DNA of 64,000 bases, from the NCBI GenBank assembly GCA_964626845.1, contig CAZVGR010000014.1, forward strand, positions 12,570 through 76,569, read 5' to 3'. Of this stretch, positions 57,401 to 64,000 are shown piece after piece (within the stretch, counting starts at the first letter, position 1; every line of letters begins with the position of its first letter). The position numbers and the translations under genes are program-made. Under the pieces are notes generated by a model, which worked only from the letters and a program-made list of their open reading frames with translations, did not search any database and had not been told where the DNA came from. Source of the DNA: an uncultured Anaerolinea sp. (lineage in GTDB: Bacteria > Chloroflexota > Anaerolineae > JAAEKA01).

Positions 57401-60173
57401 CCAACCGCCAGCCGCTCAGGTTGACGGGGAAGTCGTTGGCGTTGTACAGCTCGATGTACTCGTCGTTGGCGTCGCCAATGATGCCATCTTCGTTCCAGTC
57501 GGCCTCCGGGTTGGGCATGAACTCGTTGAGCACGATGCCGTCAGGGTAGACCACGGGCGTGCCGGTGGGCGTGGCCGTCGGGGTAGGCGCGGCCGTGGGA
57601 GTGTTGGCGGGCCGGTTGGGCGCGCCGGGCGAAGGCGGATAACTGCGCGTCCACTGGCTACCGCCGTCCACAGTCTTGCTGTAAGCCTCATCGTCGCGGC
57701 TGCTGGGATATTCGACCTGCTCGACGACTGCCCCATCAGGCCGCAGCAGGCGCACCCAGTCGCCGTCGTTGTTGAGCGCAATGCCGCTCTGGCTGCGAAA
57801 AACCAGCAGAAAGCCGCGCGCCTCAATGATTGTGCCGGTGGGCAGGATGTAAGGCGGGCTGCCGCTGGGCGTGAAGGGCGAGCGAAGCTGGCCAAAGCCA
57901 TCGTCTACGTCGTCCAGGCGCCAGCCGCTGAGATCGACGGCAAAGTCGTTGGCGTTGTACAGCTCGATATATTCGTCGTTCAGATCAGCCGTGCCGTTGC
58001 CGTCCCAATCGGAGGCGGGGTCGGGCATGAATTCGTTGAGGCTGATGCCATCAGGATAGACGCCGGGGGTGGCTGTTGGCGTCGCAGTCGGCGTTGGGGC
58101 CGGTTGGTTGGATGCGCCAGGCGAGGGCGGGTGGGTCATCGTCCACTGGTCGCCGCCATCCTCTGTTTTGCTGTAGGCCACGTCAGCCGGCGCGGCGGTG
58201 TAGCTGTGGCTCTCCACCTCCACGCCGTCGGGCGTCAGCAGACGCGCTGCATCGCCGCCGCTGTTGTTGAGGGCGATGCGCGTGTCCCGGCTCCAGAACA
58301 CCAGGAAGCCCTGCGCTTCGATCACTGTGCCGGCCGGCAGGGTGTAGGGGGACGAGCCGCCGCTGGCGATGTCGTCCAGTTGCCAGCCGCTCAGGTCCAC
58401 AGCGAAGTCGTTGGCGTTGTACAGCTCGATGTACTCGTCGTTAGTGTCCCCCAGGATGCCGTCGTCGTTCCAGTCGGCCTCCGGGTTAGGCATAAACTCG
58501 TTCAGGCTGACGCCTTCCGGGTAGGGCGTAGGCGAGGCGGCGGGCGTCGTTGCAGATGTGGGCGATGGCGTCGCCGTTGGCGTGGGCGTAGGTGTGGCCG
58601 TTGGCGTAATCGTGGGCGTGGCTGTCCAGGCCGGCGGCTGGTTGGATGCGCCAGGCGACGGCGGGTAGGCCATGGTCCATTCTGCGCCGCCGTCCACGGT
58701 CTTACTGTAACTCACGTCAGCCGGCGCAGCCGTGTAGAAGTGGCTTTCGACCTCCACCCCGTCCGGCCGCAGCAGCCGCGCCCAGTCGCCGCCGCTGTTG
58801 TTGAGCGCGATGCCGGTGTCCCGGCTCCACAGCACCAGATGGGACTGCGACTCGATCCAGGCGCCGGCCGGCAGGGTGTAGGGCGCTGATCCGCCGTTAG
58901 CCACGTCGTCCAGCATCCACCCACCGATGTCCACGGCAAAGTCGTTGGCGTTGTAGATCTCGATGTACTCGTCGTTGCCGTCGCCCAGAATGCCGTCGTT
59001 GTTCCAGTCGGCCTCCGGATTGGGCATGAACTCGTTCAGGCTGAGGCCGGTGGGATAGACGGCCGGGGTGGCCGTGTGGGTGGGGGTTGGGGGCGGCGCG
59101 GGTTGGTTGGAAGCGCCCGGCGAGGGCGGGTAGGTCATGGTCCAATCGCTGCCGCCATCCACCGTTTTGCTGTAGGCCACGTCAGCCGGCGCAGCGGTGT
59201 AGCTGTAGCTCTCGACCTCAACACCGTCGGGCCGCAGCAGACGCACCATGTCGCCGCCGCTGTTGTTGAGCGCAATGCGAGTATCCCGGCTCCACAGCGC
59301 CAGGAAGCCATGCGCCTGGATCGTCGTGCCAGCAGGCAAGGTGTAAGGCGACGAGCCGCCGTTGGGTATGTCATCCACGCGCCAGCCGCCCAAATCAACG
59401 GCAAAATCGTTGGGATTATACAGCTCGATGTACTCGTCGTTGGCGTCGCCGAAAATGCCGTCGTCGTTCCAGTCGGCCTCGGGGTTGGGCATGAACTCGT
59501 TGAGGTGGATGACAAGCGGCGCGGGGGTGGGCGAAGGAGTCGCAGTGGGCGTGGGCGTGGCGGTGGCTGGCCCTGGCGGCTGATTGGCGGCGCCTGGCGA
59601 GGGTGGGTAATCAGCCGTCCACTGGTTGCCGCCATCGACTGTTTTGCTGAAGGCCCCATCCGCTTGGGTCTGGGTGTAGCTGAAGCTCTCAACAGGGACA
59701 TCGTCCGGCGTCAACAGGCGCACCGCGCCGCTGCTGTCGTCCAACTCAAGGCCTGTTTGGACACCCCACAGCACCAAATGACGCTGCGCGCGCAGCACTG
59801 TACCAGGAGGCAGCGCATAGGGCGGCAAGCCGCTGCTCTCGCCAGCGTCCAGCTTCCACCCGCTGATGTCCACGTCGAAAGGGTTGGCGTTATAAAGCTC
59901 GATGTATTCGTCGTTGTTGCCGCCCGTCACCCCATCGCCGTTCCAGTCATACACCGGCTGTGGCATTAACTCGTTGAGGACAACGCCGCCAGGATAGCTG
60001 CTCTGAGCAGCCGCAGGCAGCACCCCTGCGCCACGCGCGATCTGTGGGCCGAGAACGAGCAGCAGAACACTGCCGGCTGTCAGCAGGCCGGCGATCCAGG
60101 AACGATACGATGCACGACAAGACGACATGATCCCACCTCCACAAAGCTGTCTGGCAGGCCGATCCCACGACAC
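54411..60173 (-). CDS. Secreted giant protein with ten tandem lamin-tail-domain (LTD) repeats, Thr/Pro linkers, a Gly/Ser-rich linker and a C-terminal OB-fold-like domain
   Basis: 1920 aa. Signal peptide. Ten copies of 'LNEFMPNPEADWN.DG..GD.NDEYIELYNANDFAVDLSGW.LDD...GGSSPYTLPAG' (LTD/PF00932-like), each followed by a PTPTATP linker. ~450-bp near-identical DNA periodicity. Confidence 0.8.
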   Translation of the reverse strand: MSWDRPARQLCGGGIMSSCRASYRSWIAGLLTAGSVLLLVLGPQIARGAGVLPAAAQSSYPGGVVLNELMPQPVYDWNGDGVTGGNNDEYIELYNANPFDVDISGWKLDAGESSGLPPYALPPGTVLRAQRHLVLWGVQTGLELDDSSGAVRLLTPDDVPVESFSYTQTQADGAFSKTVDGGNQWTADYPPSPGAANQPPGPATATPTPTATPSPTPAPLVIHLNEFMPNPEADWNDDGIFGDANDEYIELYNPNDFAVDLGGWRVDDIPNGGSSPYTLPAGTTIQAHGFLALWSRDTRIALNNSGGDMVRLLRPDGVEVESYSYTAAPADVAYSKTVDGGSDWTMTYPPSPGASNQPAPPPTPTHTATPAVYPTGLSLNEFMPNPEADWNNDGILGDGNDEYIEIYNANDFAVDIGGWMLDDVANGGSAPYTLPAGAWIESQSHLVLWSRDTGIALNNSGGDWARLLRPDGVEVESHFYTAAPADVSYSKTVDGGAEWTMAYPPSPGASNQPPAWTATPTITPTATPTPTPTATPSPTSATTPAASPTPYPEGVSLNEFMPNPEADWNDDGILGDTNDEYIELYNANDFAVDLSGWQLDDIASGGSSPYTLPAGTVIEAQGFLVFWSRDTRIALNNSGGDAARLLTPDGVEVESHSYTAAPADVAYSKTEDGGDQWTMTHPPSPGASNQPAPTPTATPTATPGVYPDGISLNEFMPDPASDWDGNGTADLNDEYIELYNANDFAVDLSGWRLDDVDDGFGQLRSPFTPSGSPPYILPTGTIIEARGFLLVFRSQSGIALNNDGDWVRLLRPDGAVVEQVEYPSSRDDEAYSKTVDGGSQWTRSYPPSPGAPNRPANTPTAAPTPTATPTGTPVVYPDGIVLNEFMPNPEADWNEDGIIGDANDEYIELYNANDFPVNLSGWRLDDIANGGSSPYTLPAGAVIEAQGFLVFWSRDTNIALNNSGGDSVRLLRPDGVEVESHSYTAAPADVSYSKTVDGGDQWTTDYPPSPGASNQPAGTPTPTPTPLPVDYPEGIVLNEFMPNPEADWNEDGIRGDANDEYIELYNANDFAVDLSGWQVDDVAGGGSSPYTLPAGAVIEAQGFLVFWSRDTNIALNNSGGDSVRLLRPDGVEVENHPYTAAPADVSYSKTTDGGDEWTMSYPPSPGASNQAANTPTATPTPTATPTGTPVVYPDGIVLNEFMPNPEADWNGDGIVGDANDEYIELYNANDFAVDLSGWQVDDVAGGGSSPYTLPAGAVIEAQGFLTLWSRDTAIALNNSGGDSVRLLRPDGVEVENHSYTAAPADVSYSKTVDGGDQWTMAYPPSPGASNQAATPTPTPTATLTATPGVYPDGVGLNEYMPDPASDWNGDGAANQDDEYIELYNANDFAVDLSGWQLDDVASGGSAPYTLPPGATIPARGFLLFFRSQTGIALNNDGDWVRLLRPDGLVVEETQYSSSRDDQAASKTVDGGAEWTRSYPPTPGGSNTPGGTPTPTPTATPQLTPTPVATTVRLNEVLPSPQNVDWDGNGVPSYLDEWIELTNLGEEPVDLAGWKLADGQPASHEPDRTYILPSGLVLPAQGYLVIYRAQSGLALDASSEQVRLLYPDNSLADSMSYNVFSGYDQSWCRLPDGVGEWSRDCIETPGQANAADPNSGGGSGGGGGSSSGGGSGSGQPYDRFNFDLATIAHARSLPDGTRLTLEGQVTALPNVFDDQEIYIQDATGGMRVFLRSAQWPPLSEGQWVRVNGRLGTFYEERQISLVRIDDIKTMQPAAPPAPLPIRTGEVAEANEGRLVQLSGPITGFWKETTLYLDDGSGEARITIRPATGIRRPYVNIGEVWTVVGVVSQTESGYRLLPRREADLQRGRAAAAGRANGTAYSNGVQDDTAWNRAPVFLPLTGAVLTVRPPALATLWDAWLSIR

Positions 60174-60236
60174 CGCTTCGCATCGGCTGGCCAGCTCGGT
60201 TGTTACGGAACCCCGCCGAGAAACATTCGGCGTTTG

Positions 60237-60376
60237 TTACTGCTCAGGCTGGGCTTAGAGAAACCGGGTTTTTGCTGCGGAAGCGGCTATCATAGCCCCG
60301 AGCAATGCGTTTGCAAGCTCAGAAATCATTGCCCAACGAGAAAAACCCGGTTTCTGACCGGCCGGCTGAGCAGTTA
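60237..60376. mobile_element. Right copy of the ~140-bp MITE in inverted orientation, with 9-bp target-site duplication CGGCGTTTG
   Basis: CGGCGTTTG directly flanks both ends (60228-60236 and 60378-60386). Internal hairpins (gcaatg...cattgc; gctatgatagc). Confidence 0.7.
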
Positions 60377-60439
60377 CCGGCGTTTGTTGTAATGGGGCTG
60401 ACGCCGGCGCTGCTATGGGGCGCCGATTCCAGCCTGAGC

Positions 60440-60485
60440 GGAGAAACAAAAACGGCTGCGGGCCTTCCAGGCCGCCCGCAGCCGT
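60440..60485 (-). terminator. Rho-independent terminator (stem CGGCTGCGGGCGGCC/GGCCCGCAGCCG followed by TTTTTGTTT on the minus strand)
   Basis: GC-rich hairpin plus U-tract immediately after the 60497 stop. Confidence 0.65.
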
Positions 60486-60496
60486 CTCACCAACCT

Positions 60497-61693
60497 CTAT
60501 GCTTGCTTGCCGTCCTTGGGCAGGTCGCCCAGGGCGCTTTCCAGGGAGCCCAGCCAGCGCTGCGCCTCTTGCAGGCGGTGCGCGGCGTAGGTCTCTTGCA
60601 GCCGCCAGAGCTGGCGGATCAGCCCACGCAATGTTTCGATGTCCTTACGCAGCGGCGGGAAGCCCACAGCCAGGTCGCGGTTGACCTTGTCCTGCTCGGC
60701 CCAGCGGTGATCCCACTCCAGGGTCTGCTTCTTCCAGCGCTTCTCGTCCTCGCTCAGGAACGCGTCCAGCTCCTTGCGCTGGCGCTCCTCGGCCAGGCGC
60801 TGCAGCTCGGCCACCTGGTGCTGGTCGCGGCGGATGCTCTCCTCGAAGCCTTGCAAGCTCTGCAAGATGCGCCGGCTGTCGTTGATGTGGGTATCAAAGC
60901 CCTGAACCCGCTTCTGCTGCTCGGCCATCAGATCGCGCTGTTGCTCAAACTCCTGCTGCCAGTTGGCCAGTTGGCGGGTGCGCTCTACGTCTGCCAGCTT
61001 CTGGCTCTCGACAAAGCTGGCCACCTCGTTGCGCATCTGATCGGGCACAGGCTGCACTGCGGCTACGGCCCGTTCCACCCGTTGAATGGCAGCTTCCAAA
61101 GGCGGCACCTTGCCAAACACGGCCTCGCTGCGCTTGAACAACTCCACGGTCTCCTGTTGCAACTGAGCAATCCGCTTGTTGTCCTGGGCGCGCTGCTCCA
61201 TGATAAAGGGCAGGCTGCGGGTACGCTCGTCGATGTCCTTGTTGATGTTGTTGACCTGCTGGCGCACCGCCATCACAATTTCACTCAGCCGTTGGTCTTC
61301 CGCCTTGCGCTGCTGCAGTTCCTCTTCGATGCGGCTGAAGCGCGGCAGCTCCTTGCGTACTTCTGACAGGCCGCGCGCGGCCGCCTCGCGCTCCGCGCCG
61401 CGCAGCCGCTCGCTCTCACGCTGGTCGGCCAGGCGCTGCTCCTCCTGGCGTTGCAGCATCAGTACCAGCTCATTCTTGAGCTGCTGCATGGCATCATCCA
61501 CCTGGCTGAAACGCACCAGTTGGGCCTGGGTGCTGGCCAACTGGCCCTCCAACTCCTGGATGCGCCGGGACTGCTCGACAATTTCAGTCGCCTGGCCCTC
61601 GATGCGCTGTTGCAGCTTGGCGATTTCCCCGCGGCCACGCCGATGTTCTTCGTCCAGCCAGGTAACCATCTGGCTCAGTTGATCTATATCCAT
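60497..61693 (-). CDS. Hypothetical coiled-coil protein
   Basis: 398 aa. Highly charged E/Q/R-rich heptad-like sequence. No family recognised. Confidence 0.5.
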   Translation of the reverse strand: MDIDQLSQMVTWLDEEHRRGRGEIAKLQQRIEGQATEIVEQSRRIQELEGQLASTQAQLVRFSQVDDAMQQLKNELVLMLQRQEEQRLADQRESERLRGAEREAAARGLSEVRKELPRFSRIEEELQQRKAEDQRLSEIVMAVRQQVNNINKDIDERTRSLPFIMEQRAQDNKRIAQLQQETVELFKRSEAVFGKVPPLEAAIQRVERAVAAVQPVPDQMRNEVASFVESQKLADVERTRQLANWQQEFEQQRDLMAEQQKRVQGFDTHINDSRRILQSLQGFEESIRRDQHQVAELQRLAEERQRKELDAFLSEDEKRWKKQTLEWDHRWAEQDKVNRDLAVGFPPLRKDIETLRGLIRQLWRLQETYAAHRLQEAQRWLGSLESALGDLPKDGKQA

Positions 61694-61855
61694 GCCTATC
61701 CTCGTCTGGTAATCTGGGGCGGCATTATAGCATGGCTCGCCGCAACGCGCAATGTGCAGATTCTAGCCCACGCAAAGGCGCAAAGACCGCAAAGCAGAGC
61801 CGATTTCTTGGCGCTCTTAGCGTCTTGGCGTGAGCATGGCGCCGTACTGCTGCGA

Positions 61856-63139
61856 TCAGTTGCTGCGCCGCTCGATGTGCGCGCCCAGGCCGAGCAGCTT
61901 CTTCTCCAACTGCTCATAGCCGCGATCGATCTGGCCGATGTTGCCGATCTCGCTGACCCCTTCGGCGCACAGCGCGGCGATGACCAGCGCCATGCCAGCG
62001 CGAATGTCGGGGCTGACCACGGTGCTGCCGCGCAGCGTGGCCGGCCCGACCACCACGGCGCGATGCGGGTCGCAGAGGATGATCTGCGCGCCCATGGTGA
62101 TCAACTTGTCGGTGAAGAACAGGCGACTCTCGAACATCTTGTCGTGGATCAGCACCGTGCCCTGGGCTTGGGTGGCCGTCACCAGGGCGATGCTCAACAC
62201 GTCGGCCGGGAAGGCCGGCCAGGGCGCGTTGTCGATGGTCGGCACCGCGCCGCCCACGTCGGGCTGAATGGCCAGATGCTGCTCATCCTCTACCACCAGG
62301 GTGTCGCCCTCGTAGTGCATGCGCACCCCCAGGCGCTGGCGAAAGACCATATCGACCATGCGCAGGTGCTCACGGTTGACGCCGCGAATGCGCACCTCGC
62401 CGCGCGTCACCGCGCCGAGGCCGATGTAGCTGCCGATCTCGATGTGGTCGGGGCAGATGGTCCACTGGCCGCCGTGCAGCTTGGGCACGCCCTCGACCAC
62501 CAGGATGTTGCTGCCGATGCCGCTGATCTTGCCGCCCATGCCGTTGATGCACAGGCACAGGTCCTGCACGTGCGGCTCCGACGCTGCGTTGCGGATGATG
62601 GTCGTCCCCTGAGCCAGGGCTGCGGCCATGACGGCGTTCTCGGTGGCGGTGACGCTGGCCTCGTCCAACAGGATATCGGCGCCATGCAGCCGGCTGGCTT
62701 GCAGCGCGAAGCCGCCGTTGTGGCTGGCCTCGGCGCCCATGGCCTCCAGGGCCAGCAGGTGGGTGTCGATGCGCCGCCGGCCGATCTTGTCGCCGCCCGG
62801 CAGGGGCAGATGGATCGAGCCGGCGCGCGCGATCATGGGTCCGATCAGGGTGATCGAGCCGCGGGTACGGCGGAACAGGTCGGGATCGGGGGTGGTGTGG
62901 CGCAAGGTGTGGGCGTGCAGGGTCAGCGTGTGCTGATCCTGCCACGAGGCGGCGACGCCCAGCTCGACCAGCAGCTCGATCTGGGTTTCGATGTCGCCGA
63001 TGCGCGGCACGTTGTGCAGGGTGAGAGGCTCGTCGGTGAGCAAACAGGCTGCCAGCAGCGGCAGAGCGGCGTTCTTGTTGCCGCTGGGGGTCACCTCGCC
63101 GTTGAGGGAATGGCCCCCTTCGATGATAAATTGTTCCAT
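61856..63139 (-). CDS. murA: UDP-N-acetylglucosamine 1-carboxyvinyltransferase
   Basis: 427 aa. Full-length MurA including active-site region '[15 protein letters not shown]'. Confidence 0.9.
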   Translation of the reverse strand: MEQFIIEGGHSLNGEVTPSGNKNAALPLLAACLLTDEPLTLHNVPRIGDIETQIELLVELGVAASWQDQHTLTLHAHTLRHTTPDPDLFRRTRGSITLIGPMIARAGSIHLPLPGGDKIGRRRIDTHLLALEAMGAEASHNGGFALQASRLHGADILLDEASVTATENAVMAAALAQGTTIIRNAASEPHVQDLCLCINGMGGKISGIGSNILVVEGVPKLHGGQWTICPDHIEIGSYIGLGAVTRGEVRIRGVNREHLRMVDMVFRQRLGVRMHYEGDTLVVEDEQHLAIQPDVGGAVPTIDNAPWPAFPADVLSIALVTATQAQGTVLIHDKMFESRLFFTDKLITMGAQIILCDPHRAVVVGPATLRGSTVVSPDIRAGMALVIAALCAEGVSEIGNIGQIDRGYEQLEKKLLGLGAHIERRSN

Positions 63140-63194
63140 GGGGAGATCTCCGGGCTGTGGGTTGTGAGCTTGGTTGGTTGTCGATGGCGATCCG

Positions 63195-63268
63195 AAGTGA
63201 TGCGTAACGAGTACTGCGTAACCCGGAATCGCGCATGGCGTCTCCGATTACGTGTCACTCGTTACGTA
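63195..63268. repeat. GCGTAAC(C/G)... heptamer/hairpin element (GCGTAACCCGGAATCG ... CGATTACG ... CGTTACG)
   Basis: Same family as 18529-18640 and 24307-24412. Confidence 0.75.
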
Positions 63269-64000
63269 TTACACGTCACCTGCCATTCCATGCGGAGCCG
63301 CAACGATAGGTTCACCGGCCGCCACGCCCAGCCGCGCAGCGGCGCTGCCATCGCGCACGGCCACCTCCAGCGTGCCATCGCTGCTGACCAGCGACAGAAG
63401 CTGGCCCGGCGCGGCCTCGGCGTAGGTCAGGCTGGGGCCGACGACTTGCTGGCCGGCGATGCGCACGGTCCAGAACCGGCCGGCCAGCCAATCGCCAGGG
63501 ATGTTGCTGACCAGGTTGCCGAAGCGGTCGACGTGGACGATCTGGCCGCGCAGGCTGCCGCCCAGCTCGCGCTGCGGGGGCTGCACGGTGAAGCGAACAG
63601 GGTCGTCGATGGGCGCGCCCAGGGCCTGGAGCGGGGTTCCCAGCGCCAGATGGGCCGCCACCGGCGCGAAGATGTCGCGGCCGTGGAAGGTGCGGCTGAC
63701 GTGGGGCAGCCAGTAGGCCGGGTTGTCCAGATGGACGCAGGCCGCCGGCTGGCCGGCCGGCAGGGCATAGGTGAACACGCCGTTGTCGGGGCCGACCAGG
63801 GTATAGTTGCTTACCTGCGCCGCCATCGGCCGGCGCGCGCTGCCCACCCCAGGATCGACAATGGCGACGTGAACCGTGCCCGGCGGAAAGTAGGGCAGGG
63901 CTGTGGCCAGCACGTAGGCCGCCTCGCGCACGTTCTGCGGGGCAATCTGGTGGGTGATGTCGACCACCGTGGCCTGCGGCGCGATGCTCAGGAGCACGCC
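63269..64000 (-). CDS. SAM hydroxide adenosyltransferase / SAM-dependent halogenase family (DUF62) protein, 5' end beyond window
   Basis: C-terminal 242 aa with 'VDRFGNLVSNI' motif. ORF open to the window edge. Confidence 0.7.
   Translation of the reverse strand, partial: GVLLSIAPQATVVDITHQIAPQNVREAAYVLATALPYFPPGTVHVAIVDPGVGSARRPMAAQVSNYTLVGPDNGVFTYALPAGQPAACVHLDNPAYWLPHVSRTFHGRDIFAPVAAHLALGTPLQALGAPIDDPVRFTVQPPQRELGGSLRGQIVHVDRFGNLVSNIPGDWLAGRFWTVRIAGQQVVGPSLTYAEAAPGQLLSLVSSDGTLEVAVRDGSAAARLGVAAGEPIVAAPHGMAGDV

Overview
High-GC (~68%) bacterial chromosomal segment. Dense heptamer/octamer tandem repeats in the intergenic regions, near-leaderless promoters and lipoprotein-anchored ABC binding proteins suggest Chloroflexota or a similar monoderm phylum; this assignment is inference only. 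No rRNA, tRNA or CRISPR was found.

Main blocks:
(1) 1-5.9 kb: housekeeping genes (RlmI-like methyltransferase, glycerate kinase, YihY, ComEA).
(2) 5.9-33 kb: a large LacI-associated catabolic locus. It holds an ABC oligosaccharide/peptide-type importer, Gfo/Idh/MocA oxidoreductase, cupin, AGE-family epimerase, formylglycine-type sulfatase, NagA, NagB, NAD-dependent epimerase, uronate isomerase UxaC, tagaturonate/fructuronate epimerase UxaE, an amidohydrolase and an aldo-keto reductase. Three divergent uroporphyrinogen-decarboxylase (URO-D) family paralogs of unknown role are interspersed. The gene set suggests uptake and catabolism of sulfated amino-sugar/uronate (glycosaminoglycan-like) oligosaccharides.
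(3) 34-42 kb: a 7TM-GAF-HTH membrane regulator, GNAT, AEC transporter, ComM.
(4) 42-47 kb: an ECF sigma factor with a 1430-aa anti-sigma factor whose extracytoplasmic part is built from alpha-2-macroglobulin-like domains.
(5) 48.5-53.9 kb: a lower-GC island with a type II restriction-modification pair (C5-cytosine methyltransferase plus putative endonuclease), an HNH nuclease, a disrupted epimerase pseudogene and small unknown genes.
(6) 53.9-60.4 kb: a 1920-aa secreted protein with ten tandem lamin-tail-domain (LTD) repeats. It is flanked by two inverted ~140-bp MITE copies. The right copy has a 9-bp target-site duplication. The left copy carries a second nested 158-bp MITE with a 7-bp duplication.
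(7) 60.4-64 kb: MurA and a SAM hydroxide adenosyltransferase-family gene.

Several short palindromic/repeat families recur across the window and are reported separately as findings.
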